Assembly: GCA_964658305.1 (NCBI GenBank)
Contig: OZ210885.1
Span: 1-64,000, forward strand
DNA length: 64,000 nt
Direction of reading: 5' to 3'
Source: Leptogorgia sarmentosa
Lineage: Eukaryota
Below are positions 21,161 to 33,100 of the stretch, one piece after another. The translations under genes and the position numbers were made by a program. The notes below the pieces were generated by a model that was not told the origin of the DNA, ran no database searches, and was given only the letters and a program-made list of their open reading frames with translations. Numbering within the stretch: the first letter of the stretch is position 1; every line of letters starts with the position of its first letter.

Positions 21161-24100
21161 GTACGTGAAAATTTATTTTCATCATTTTTTGTTCGTTTTT
21201 TTCAGCATCCGAGACATTGTGAAAGTATTAAAAAGCAACAATAGTCAAGGAAGAAACAAAAAAAATTTTTTGAGTGAAAAAACCGAGAATAATTTCGTCA
21301 AGGTCCCTACAGTCTCCATTGCGCATGCGCGGACGTCAAAATTTATTTTCATCGTTTTTTTCAACATCCCAACATTGTAAAAGGGTTAAAAAGCAAGAAT
21401 AGTCAAGGAAGAAGAAAAAAAAACAAAAGGATTCGTCAAGTGCCCTACCATCCGCACAGAGCGAGTCTGGTAGATCGCCAGTAGGGACTTACTAAGGCAA
21501 CCGGAACGCATCGGGGATGCCCGCTATATCTTGACTGGTACAAGCTATGACTTTGACATTCAGGACACTCAGAGAGCAGGGAGATGCAGATCGGCCCCTA
21601 GACCATATGTGATAAGCACCTTGTCCTTTAGCGAAAGGCAATGTCGTAGTACTTGAACCAATAAGCTATATTCCGGATTTGTATTTAACTACGTCACACT
21701 CTTGTGGCGTGGTTGTTGTGGGACTCGTTTTGTGAATTTCTTTGCTCATGCGCTTACGTCAAAATTTGTTTTCTTCGTTTTTTCTTCGTTTTTTCAACAT
21801 CCCAGACATTGCGAAAGTGTTAAAAGTAAGAATTGTCAAGGAAGAAACGGAAAAAAAGTTTTGAGTGAAAAAAACCGAAAATAATTTCGTCAAGCGCATT
21901 GCGCATGTGCGTACGTCAAAATTTATTTTCATCGTTTTTTCTTCGTTTTTTTCAGCATCCCAGACATTGTGAAAGTATTAAAAAGCAAGAATAGTCAAGG
22001 AATAGTTGCGGTTAGGCAGGAAAAGGCTGGCGTTAGGCTGGAAAGGTTGCGGTTATGCTGGAAAAGGCTGGGGTTAGTCTGGAAAGGTTGCGGTTAGGCT
22101 GGAAAAGGCAGGGGTTAGGCTGAAAAGGTTGCGGTTATGCTGGAAAAGGCTGAGGTTTGGCTGGAAAGGTTGCGGTTAGGCTGGAAAATGCTGGGGTTAG
22201 GCTGGAAAAGTTGCGGTCAGGCTGGAAAAGTGTGGGGTTAGGCTGGAAAGGTTGCGGTTAGGCTGGAAAGGTTGTGGTTAGGCAGGAAAAGGCTGGATTT
22301 AGGCTGGAAAGGTTGCGGTTAGGCTGGGGTTACGCTGGAAAGGTTGCGGTTATCCAGTAAAAGGCTGGGGTTAGGCTGGAAAGGTTGCGGTTAGGCAGGA
22401 AAAGGGTGGGGTTAGGCTGGAAAAGGCTGGGGTTAGGCTGCAAAGGTTGCGGTTAGGCTGGAAAGGTTGCGGTTAGGCTGGAAAATGCTGGGGTTAGACT
22501 GGAAAGGTTGCGGTTAGGCTGGAAAACGCTGGGGTAAGGCTGGAAAGGTTGCGGTTAGGCTGGAAAAGGCTGGGGTTAGGCTGAAAAGGTTGCGGTTAGG
22601 ATGGAAGAGGCTGGGGTTATGCTGGAAAGGTTGCGGTTAGGCAGGAAATGGCTGGGGTTAGGCTGGAAAGGTTGCGGTTAGGCTGGAAAAGGCTAGGGTT
22701 AGGCTGGAAAGGTTGCGGTTAGGCTGGAAAAGATAGGGGTTAGGCTGGATAGGTAGCGGTTAGCCTGGAAAAGGCAGGGTTTAGGCTGGAAAGGTTGCGG
22801 TTAGGCTGGGGTTAGGCTGGAAAGGTTGCGGTTAGGCAGGAAAAGGCTGGGATTAGGCTGGAAAAGGCTGGGGTTAGGCTGAAAAGGCTGGGGTTAGGCC
22901 GGAAAAGGCTGGGGTTAGGCTGGAAAGGTTGCGGTTAGGCTGGAAAAGGTTGGGGTTAGGCTGGAAAGGTTGCGGTTAGGCAGGAAAAGGCTGGGGTTAG
23001 GCTGGAAAAGGCTGGGGTTAGGCTGAAAAGGCTGGGGTTAGGCTGGAAAAGGCTGCGGTTAGGATGGAAAAGGTTGCGGTTAGGCTGGAAAAGGCTGGGG
23101 TTAGGCTGGAAAAGTTGCGGTTAGGCTGGAAAAGTTGCGGTTAGGCTGGAAAAGTTGCGGTTAGGCTGGAAAAGTTGCGGTTAGGCTGGAAAAGTTTGGG
23201 GTTAAACTGGAAAAGGTTGGGTTTAGGCTGGAAAAGGTTGGGGTTAGGCTGGAAAAGGTTGCGGTTAGGCTGGAAAAGTTGCGGTTAGGCTGGAAAAGTT
23301 GCGGTTTGGCTGGAAAAGGTGGGGGTTAAGCTGGAAAAGGTGGGGGTTAAGCTGGAAAAGGTTGGGGTTACGCTGGAAAAGCTTGGGGTTAGGCTGGAAA
23401 AGGTTGGGGTTAGGCTAGAAAAGTTGGAGTTAGGCTAGAAAAGTTTGGGGTTAGGCTGGAAAAGGTTGCGGTTAGGCTGGAAAAGTTGGCGTTAGGCTGG
23501 AAAAGGTAGCGGTTAGGCTGGAAAAGTTTGGGGTTAGGCTGGAAAAGGGTGGGACTAGGCTGGAAAGGTTGCGGTTAGGCTGGAAAAGTTGCGGTTAGGC
23601 TGGAAATGTCGCGCTTAGGCTGGAAAAGTTGCGGTTAGGCTGAAAAGGTGGGGGTTAGGCTGGAAAAGGTTGGGGTTAGGCTGGAAAAGTTTGGGGTTAG
23701 GCTGGAAAGGTTGCGGTTAGGCAGGAAAAGGCTGGGATTAGGCTGGAAAAGGCTGGGGTTAGGCTGAAAAGGCTGGGGTTAGGCCGGAAAAGGCTGGGGT
23801 TAGGCTGGAAAGGTTGCGGTTAGGCTGGAAAAGGTTGGGGTTAGGCTGGAAAGGTTGCGGTTAGGCAGGAAAAGGCTGGGGTTAGGCTGGAAAAGGCTGG
23901 GGTTAGGCTGAAAAGGCTGGGGTTAGGCTGGAAAAGGCTGCGGTTAGGATGGAAAAGGTTGCGGTTAGGCTGGAAAAGGCTGGGGTTAGGCTGGAAAAGT
24001 TGCGGTTAGGCTGGAAAAGTTGCGGTTAGGCTGGAAAAGTTGCGGTTAGGCTGGAAAAGTTGCGGTTAGGCTGGAAAAGTTTGGGGTTAAACTGGAAAAG

Positions 24101-27100
24101 GTTGGGTTTAGGCTGGAAAAGGTTGGGGTTAGGCTGGAAAAGGTTGCGGTTAGGCTGGAAAAGTTGCGGTTAGGCTGGAAAAGTTGCGGTTTGGCTGGAA
24201 AAGGTGGGGGTTAAGCTGGAAAAGGTGGGGGTTAAGCTGGAAAAGGTTGGGGTTACGCTGGAAAAGCTTGGGGTTAGGCTGGAAAAGGTTGGGGTTAGGC
24301 TAGAAAAGTTGGAGTTAGGCTAGAAAAGTTTGGGGTTAGGCTGGAAAAGGTTGCGGTTAGGCTGGAAAAGTTGGCGTTAGGCTGGAAAAGGTAGCGGTTA
24401 GGCTGGAAAAGTTTGGGGTTAGGCTGGAAAAGGGTGGGACTAGGCTGGAAAGGTTGCGGTTAGGCTGGAAAAGTTGCGGTTAGGCTGGAAATGTCGCGCT
24501 TAGGCTGGAAAAGTTGCGGTTAGGCTGAAAAGGTGGGGGTTAGGCTGGAAAAGGTTGGGGTTAGGCTGGAAAAGTTTGGGGTTAGGCTGGAAAGGTTGCG
24601 GTTAGGCAGGAAAAGGCTGGGATTAGGCTGGAAAAGGCTGGGGTTAGGCTGAAAAGGCTGGGGTTAGGCCGGAAAAGGCTGGGGTTAGGCTGGAAAGGTT
24701 GCGGTTAGGCTGGAAAAGGTTGGGGTTAGGCTGGAAAGGTTGCGGTTAGGCAGGAAAAGGCTGGGGTTAGGCTGGAAAAGGCTGGGGTTAGGCTGAAAAG
24801 GCTGGGGTTAGGCTGGAAAAGGCTGCGGTTAGGATGGAAAAGGTTGCGGTTAGGCTGGAAAGGTTGCGGTTAGGCTGGAAAAGGCTGGGGTTAGGGTGGA
24901 AAGGTTGCGGTTAGGCTGGAAAGGTTGCGGTTAGGCTGGAAAAGGCTGGGGTTAGGCTGGAAAAGTTGCGGTTAGGCAGGAAAAGTGTGGGGTTAGGCTG
25001 GAAAAGTTGCGGTTAGGCTGGAAAAGTTTCGGGTTAAACTGGAAAAGGTTGGGGTTAGGCTGGAAAAGGTTGGGGTTAGGCTGGAAAAGGTTGCGGTTAG
25101 GCTGGAAAAGTTGCCGCACAAAGCGAGTCTGGTAGGAAAAGGCTGGCTGGAAGGGCTTGGGGCTAGGCTGGAAAAGGTTGGTGTTAGGCTGGAAAAGGTT
25201 GGGGTTAGGGTGGAAAGGTTGCGGTTAGGCTGGAAAGGTTGCGGTTAGGCTGGAAAAGGCTGGGGTTAGGCTGGAAAAGTTGCGGTTAGGCAGGAAAAGT
25301 GTGGGGTTAGGCTGGAAAAGTTGCGGTTAGGCTGGAAAAGTTTGGGGTTAAACTGGAAAAGGTTGGGGTTAGGCTGGAAAAGGTTGGGGTTAGGCTGGAA
25401 AAGGCTGCGGTTAGGCTGGAAAAGTTGCGGTTAGGCTGGAAAAGTTGCGGTTAGGCTGGAAAAGGTGGGGGTTAGGCTGGAAAAGGTTGGGGTTAGGCTG
25501 GAAAAGCTTGGGGTTAGGCTGGAAAAGGTTGGGGTTAGGCTAGAAAAGTTGGGGTTAGGCTAGAAAAGGTTGGGGTTAGGCTGGAAAAGGTTGCGGTTAG
25601 GCTGGAAAAGGTTGGGGTTAGGCTGGAAAAGGTAGCGGTTAAGCTGGAAAAGGTTGGGGTTAGGGTTAGGGAAATGAGAGAGTGATGAAGGAAGATGTAT
25701 AAAACACTCACCACTTTCAACCGTCTGTCCATGAGAAAATGCACAGGTTCACGCTGCTCTTGCACAAATTCATTTTCTTCTTCATCAACTTCATCACTGG
25801 ATGATTGAGCATACCCAGGCCTAGCAAAGAGCAGGCTTGATTAGCATTTCAACTCACAAGGACCATCATATAAAGAAGGGCACAATTTAAAAAGGTAAAA
25901 TAATGGTGTCAGGATATTTGTAGTAACTTTGACGTACGTGAAAATTTATTTTCATCATTTTTTGTTCGTTTTTTTCAGCATCCGAGACATTGTGAAAGTA
26001 TTAAAAAGCAACAATAGTCAAGGAAGAAACAAAAAAAATTTTTTGAGTGAAAAAACCGAGAATAATTTCGTCAAGGTCCCTACAGTCTCCATTGCGCATG
26101 CGCGGACGTCAAAATTTATTTTCATCGTTTTTTTCAACATCCCAACATTGTAAAAGGGTTAAAAAGCAAGAATAGTCAAGGAAGAAGAAAAAAAAACAAA
26201 AGGATTCGTCAAGTGCCCTACCATCCGCACAGAGCGAGTCTGGTAGATCGCCAGTAGGGACTTACTAAGGCAACCGGAACGCATCGGGGATGCCCGCTAT
26301 ATCTTGACTGGTACAAGCTATGACTTTGACATTCAGGACACTCAGAGAGCAGGGAGATGCAGATCGGCCCCTAGACCATATGTGATAAGCACCTTGTCCT
26401 TTAGCGAAAGGCAATGTCGTAGTACTTGAACCAATAAGCTATATTCCGGATTTGTATTTAACTACGTCACACTCTTGTGGCGTGGTTGTTGTGGGACTCG
26501 TTTTGTGAATTTCTTTGCTCATGCGCTTACGTCAAAATTTGTTTTCTTCGTTTTTTCTTCGTTTTTTCAACATCCCAGACATTGTGAAAGTGTTAAAAGT
26601 AAGAATTGTCAAGGAAGAAACGGAAAAAAAAGTTTTGAGTGAAAAAAACCGAAACTAATTTCGTAAAGCGCATTGCGCATGCGCGTACGTCAAAATTTAT
26701 TTTCATCGTTTTTTCTTCGTTTTTTTCAGCATCCCAGATATTGTGAAAGTATTAAAAAGCAACAATAGTCAAGGAAGAAACAAAAAAAATATTTTTGAGT
26801 GAAAAAACCGAGAATAATTTCGTCAAGGTCCGTAGTCTCCATTGCGCATGCCCGGACGTCAAAATTTATTTTCATCGTTTTTTTCAACATCCCAACATTG
26901 TAGAAGGGTTAAAAACAAGAATAGTCAAGGAAGAAGAAAAAAAACAAAAGGATTCGTCAAGTGCGCTACCATCCGCACAAAGCGAGTCTGGTAGGAAAAG
27001 GCTGGCTGGAAGGGCTTGGGGCTAGGCTGGAAAAGGTTGGAGTTAGGCTGGAAAAGGTTGGGGTTAGGCTGGAAAAGGTTGGGGTTAGGCTGAAAAGGCT

Positions 27101-30100
27101 GGGGTTAGGCTGTAAAAGGCTGGGGTTACGCCGGAAAGGTTGCGGTTAGGCAGGAAAAGGCTGGGGTTAGGCTGGAAAGGTTGCGGTTAGGCTTGGGTTA
27201 GGCTGGAAAAGGATGGGGTTAGGCTGGAAAGGTTGCGGTTAGGCTGGAAAAGGCTGGGGTTAGGGTGGAAAGGTTGCGGTTAGGCTGGAAAGGTTGCGGT
27301 TAGGCTGGAAAAGGCTGGGGTTAGGCTGGAAAAGTTGCGGTTAGGCAGGAAAAGTGTGGGGTTAGGCTGGAAAAGTTGCGGTTAGGCTGGAAAAGTTTGG
27401 GGTTAAACTGGAAAAGGTTGGGGTTAGGCTGGAAAAGGTTGGGGTTAGGCTGGAAAAGGTTGCGGTTAGGCTGGAAAAGTTGCCGCACAAAGCGAGTCTG
27501 GTAGGAAAAGGCTGGCTGGAAGGGCTTGGGGCTAGGCTGGAAAAGGTTGGTGTTAGGCTGGAAAAGGTTGGGGTTAGGGTGGAAAGGTTGCGGTTAGGCT
27601 GGAAAGGTTGCGGTTAGGCTGGAAAAGGCTGGGGTTAGGCTGGAAAAGTTGCGGTTAGGCAGGAAAAGTGTGGGGTTAGGCTGGAAAAGTTGCGGTTAGG
27701 CTGGAAAAGTTTGGGGTTAAACTGGAAAAGGTTGGGGTTAGGCTGGAAAAGGTTGGGGTTAGGCTGGAAAAGGCTGCGGTTAGGCTGGAAAAGTTGCGGT
27801 TAGGCTGGAAAAGTTGCGGTTAGGCTGGAAAAGGTGGGGGTTAGGCTGGAAAAGGTTGGGGTTAGGCTGGAAAAGCTTGGGGTTAGGCTGGAAAAGGTTG
27901 GGGTTAGGCTAGAAAAGTTGGGGTTAGGCTAGAAAAGGTTGGGGTTAGGCTGGAAAAGGTTGCGGTTAGGCTGGAAAAGGTTGGGGTTAGGCTGGAAAAG
28001 GTAGCGGTTAAGCTGGAAAAGGTTGGGGTTAGGGTTAGGGAAATGAGAGAGTGATGAAGGAAGATGTATAAAACACTCACCACTTTCAACCGTCTGTCCA
28101 TGAGAAAATGCACAGGTTCACGCTGCTCTTGCACAAATTCATTTTCTTCTTCATCAACTTCATCAGTGGATGATTGAGCATACCCAGGCCTAGCAAAGAG
28201 CAGGCTTGATTAGCATTTCAACTCACAAGGACCATCATATAAAGAAGGGCACAATTTAAAAAGGTAAAATAATGGTGTCAGGATATTTGTAGTAACTTTG
28301 ACGTACGTGAAAATTTATTTTCATCATTTTTTGTTCGTTTTTTTCAGCATCCGAGACATTGTGAAAGTATTAAAAAGCAACAATAGTCAAGGAAGAAACA
28401 AAAAAAATTTTTTGAGTGAAAAAACCGAGAATAATTTCGTCAAGGTCCCTACAGTCTCCATTGCGCATGCGCGGACGTCAAAATTTATTTTCATCGTTTT
28501 TTTCAACATCCCAACATTGTAAAAGGGTTAAAAAGCAAGAATAGTCAAGGAAGAAGAAAAAAAAACAAAAGGATTCGTCAAGTGCCCTACCATCCGCACA
28601 GAGCGAGTCTGGTAGATCGCCAGTAGGGACTTACTAAGGCAACCGGAACGCATCGGGGATGCCCGCTATATCTTGACTGGTACAAGCTATGACTTTGACA
28701 TTCAGGACACTCAGAGAGCAGGGAGATGCAGATCGGCCCCTAGACCATATGTGATAAGCACCTTGTCCTTTAGCGAAAGGCAATGTCGTAGTACTTGAAC
28801 CAATAAGCTATATTCCGGATTTGTATTTAACTACGTCACACTCTTGTGGCGTGGTTGTTGTGGGACTCGTTTTGTGAATTTCTTTGCTCATGCGCTTACG
28901 TCACAATTTGTTTTCTTCGTTTTTTCTTCGTTTTTTCAACATCCCAGACATTGCGAAAGTGTTCACGCTGCTCTTGCACAAATTCATTTTCTTCTTCATC
29001 AACTTCATCACTGGATGATTGAGCATACCCAGGCCTAGCAAAGAGCAGGCTTGATTAGCATTTCAACTCACAAGGACCATCATATAAAGAAGGGCACAAT
29101 TTAAAAAGGTAAAATAATGGTGTCAGGATATTTGTAGTAACTTTGACGTACGTGAAAATTTATTTTCATCATTTTTTGTTCGTTTTTTTCAGCATCCGAG
29201 ACATTGTGAAAGTATTAAAAAGCAACAATAGTCAAGGAAGAAACAAAAAAAATTTTTTGAGTGAAAAAACCGAGAATAATTTCGTCAAGGTCCCTACAGT
29301 CTCCATTGCGCATGCGCGGACGTCAAAATTTATTTTCATCGTTTTTTTCAACATCCCAACATTGTAAAAGGGTTAAAAAGCAAGAATAGTCAAGGAAGAA
29401 GAAAAAAAAACAAAAGGATTCGTCAAGTGCCCTACCATCCGCACAGAGCGAGTCTGGTAGATCGCCAGTAGGGACTTACTAAGGCAACCGGAACGCATCG
29501 GGGATGCCCGCTATATCTTGACTGGTACAAGCTATGACTTTGACATTCAGGACACTCAGAGAGCAGGGAGATGCAGATCGGCCCCTAGACCATATGTGAT
29601 AAGCACCTTGTCCTTTAGCGAAAGGCAATGTCGTAGTACTTGAACCAATAAGCTATATTCCGGATTTGTATTTAACTACGTCACACTCTTGTGGCGTGGT
29701 TGTTGTGGGACTCGTTTTGTGAATTTCTTTGCTCATGCGCTTACGTCACAATTTGTTTTCTTCGTTTTTTCTTCGTTTTTTCAACATCCCAGACATTGCG
29801 AAAGTGTTAAAAGTAAGAATTGTCAAGGAAGAAACGGAAAAAAAGTTTTGAGTGAAAAAAACCGAAAATAATTTCGTCAAGCGCATTGCGCATGTGCGTA
29901 CGTCAAAATTTATTTTCATCGTTTTTTCTTCGTTTTTTTCAGCATCCCAGACATTGTGAAAGTATTAAAAAGCAAGAATAGTCAAGGAATAGTTGCGGTT
30001 AGGCAGGAAAAGGCTGGCGTTAGGCTGGAAAGGTTGCGGTTATGCTGGAAAAGGTTGGGGTTAGTCTGGAAAGGTTACGGTTAGGCTGGAAAAGGCAGGG

Positions 30101-33100
30101 GTTAGGCTGAAAAGGTTGCGGTTATGCTGGAAAAGGCTGAGGTTTGGCTGGAAAGGTTGCGGTTAGGCTGGAAAATGCTGGGGTTAGGCTGGAAAAGTTG
30201 CGGTCAGGCTGGAAAAGTGTGGGGTTAGGCTGGAAAGGTGCGGTTAGGCTGGAAAGGTTGTGGTTAGGCAGGAAAAGGCTGGATTTAGGCTGGAAAGGTT
30301 GCGGTTAGGCTGGGGTTACGCTGGAAAGGTTGCGGTTATCCAGTAAAAGGCTGGGGTTAGGCTGGAAAGGTTGCGGTTAGGCAGGAAAAGGGTGGGGTTA
30401 GGCTGGAAAAGGCTGGGGTTAGGCTGCAAAGGTTGCGGTTAGGCTGGAAAGGTTGCGGTTAGGCTGGAAAATGCTGGGGTTAGACTGGAAAGGTTGCGGT
30501 TAGGCTGGAAAACGCTGGGGTAAGGCTGGAAAGGTTGCGGTTAGGCTGGAAAAGGCTGGGGTTAGGCTGAAAAGGTTGCGGTTAGGATGGAAGAGGCTGG
30601 GGTTATGCTGGAAAGGTTGCGGTTAGGCAGGAAATGGCTGGGGTTAGGCTGGAAAGGTTGCGGTTAGGCTGGAAAAGGCTAGGGTTAGGCTGGAAAGGTT
30701 GCGGTTAGGCTGGAAAAGATAGGGGTTAGGCTGGATAGGTAGCGGTTAGCCTGGAAAAGGCAGGGTTTAGGCTGGAAAGGTTGCGGTTAGGCTGGGGTTA
30801 GGCTGGAAAGGTTGCGGTTAGGCAGGAAAAGGCAGGGATTAGGCTGGAAAAGGCTGGGGTTAGGCTGAAAAGGCTGGGGTTAGGCCGGAAAAGGCTGGGG
30901 TTAGGCTGGAAAGGTTGCGGTTTGGCTGGAAAAGGTTGGGGTTAGGCTGGAAAGGTTGCGGTTAGGCAGGAAAAGGCTGGGGTTAGGCTGGAAAAGGCTG
31001 GGGTTAGGCTGAAAAGGCTGGGGTTAGGCTGGAAAAGGCTGCGGTTAGGATGGAAAAGGTTGCGGTTAGGCTGGAAAAGGCTGGGGTTAGGCTGGAAAAG
31101 TTGCGGTTAGGCTGGAAAAGTTGCGGTTAGGCTGGAAAAGTTGCGGTTAGGCTGGAAAAGTTGCGGTTAGGCTGGAAAAGTTTGGGGTTAAACTGGAAAA
31201 GGTTAGGTTTAGGCTGGAAAAGGTTGGGGTTAGGCTGGAAAAGGTTGCGGTTAGGCTGGAAAAGTTGCGGTTAGGCTGGAAAAGTTGCGGTTTGGCTGGA
31301 AAAGGTGGGGGTTAAGCTGGAAAAGGTGGGGGTTAAGCTGGAAAAGGTTGGGGTTACGCTGGAAAAGCTTGGGGTTAGGCTGGAAAAGGTTGGGGTTAGG
31401 CTAGAAAAGTTGGGGTTAGGCTAGAAAAGTTTGGGGTTAGGCTGGAAAAGGTTGCGGTTAGGCTGGACAAGTTGGCGTTAGGCTGGAAAAGGTAGCGGTT
31501 AGGCTGGAAAAGTTTGGGGTTAGGCTGGAAAAGGGTGGGACTAGGCTGGAAAGGTTGCGGTTAGGCTGGAAAAGTTGCGGTTAGGCTGGAAATGTCGCGC
31601 TTAGGCTGGAAAAGTTGCGGTTAGGCTGAAAAGGTGGGGGTTAGGCTGGAAAAGGTTGGGGTTAGGCTGGAAAAGTTTGGGGTTAGGCTGGAAAGGTTGC
31701 GGTTAGGCAGGAAAAGGCTGGGATTAGGCTGGAAAAGGCTGGGGTTAGGCTGAAAAGGCTGGGGTTAGGCCGGAAAAGGCTGGGGTTAGGCTGGAAAGGT
31801 TGCGGTTAGGCTGGAAAAGGTTGGGGTTAGGCTGGAAAGGTTGCGGTTAGGCAGGAAAAGGCTGGGGTTAGGCTGGAAAAGGCTGGGGTTAGGCTGAAAA
31901 GGCTGGGGTTAGGCTGGAAAAGGCTGCGGTTAGGATGGAAAAGGTTGCGGTTAGGCTGGAAAGGTTGCGGTTAGGCTGGAAAAGGCTGGGGTTAGGGTGG
32001 AAAGGTTGCGGTTAGGCTGGAAAGGTTGCGGTTAGGCTGGAAAAGGCTGGGGTTAGGCTGGAAAAGTTGCGGTTAGGCAGGAAAAGTGTGGGGTTAGGCT
32101 GGAAAAGTTGCGGTTAGGCTGGAAAAGTTTCGGGTTAAACTGGAAAAGGTTGGGGTTAGGCTGGAAAAGGTTGGGGTTAGGCTGGAAAAGGTTGCGGTTA
32201 GGCTGGAAAAGTTGCCGCACAAAGCGAGTCTGGTAGGAAAAGGCTGGCTGGAAGGGCTTGGGGCTAGGCTGGAAAAGGTTGGTGTTAGGCTGGAAAAGGT
32301 TGGGGTTAGGGTGGAAAGGTTGCGGTTAGGCTGGAAAGGTTGCGGTTAGGCTGGAAAAGGCTGGGGTTAGGCTGGAAAAGTTGCGGTTAGGCAGGAAAAG
32401 TGTGGGGTTAGGCTGGAAAAGTTGCGGTTAGGCTGGAAAAGTTTGGGGTTAAACTGGAAAAGGTTGGGGTTAGGCTGGAAAAGGTTGGGGTTAGGCTGGA
32501 AAAGGCTGCGGTTAGGCTGGAAAAGTTGCGGTTAGGCTGGAAAAGTTGCGGTTAGGCTGGAAAAGGTGGGGGTTAGGCTGGAAAAGGTTGGGGTTAGGCT
32601 GGAAAAGCTTGGGGTTAGGCTGGAAAAGGTTGGGGTTAGGCTAGAAAAGTTGGGGTTAGGCTAGAAAAGGTTGGGGTTAGGCTGGAAAAGGTTGCGGTTA
32701 GGCTGGAAAAGGTTGGGGTTAGGCTGGAAAAGGTAGCGGTTAAGCTGGAAAAGGTTGGGGTTAGGGTTAGGGAAATGAGAGAGTGATGAAGGAAGATGTA
32801 TAAAACACTCACCACTTTCAACCGTCTGTCCATGAGAAAATGCACAGGTTCACGCTGCTCTTGCACAAATTCATTTTCTTCTTCATCAACTTCATCACTG
32901 GATGATTGAGCATACCCAGGCCTAGCAAAGAGCAGGCTTGATTAGCATTTCAACTCACAAGGACCATCATATAAAGAAGGGCACAATTTAAAAAGGTAAA
33001 ATAATGGTGTCAGGATATTTGTAGTAACTTTGACGTACGTGAAAATTTATTTTCATCATTTTTTGTTCGTTTTTTTCAGCATCCGAGACATTGTGAAAGT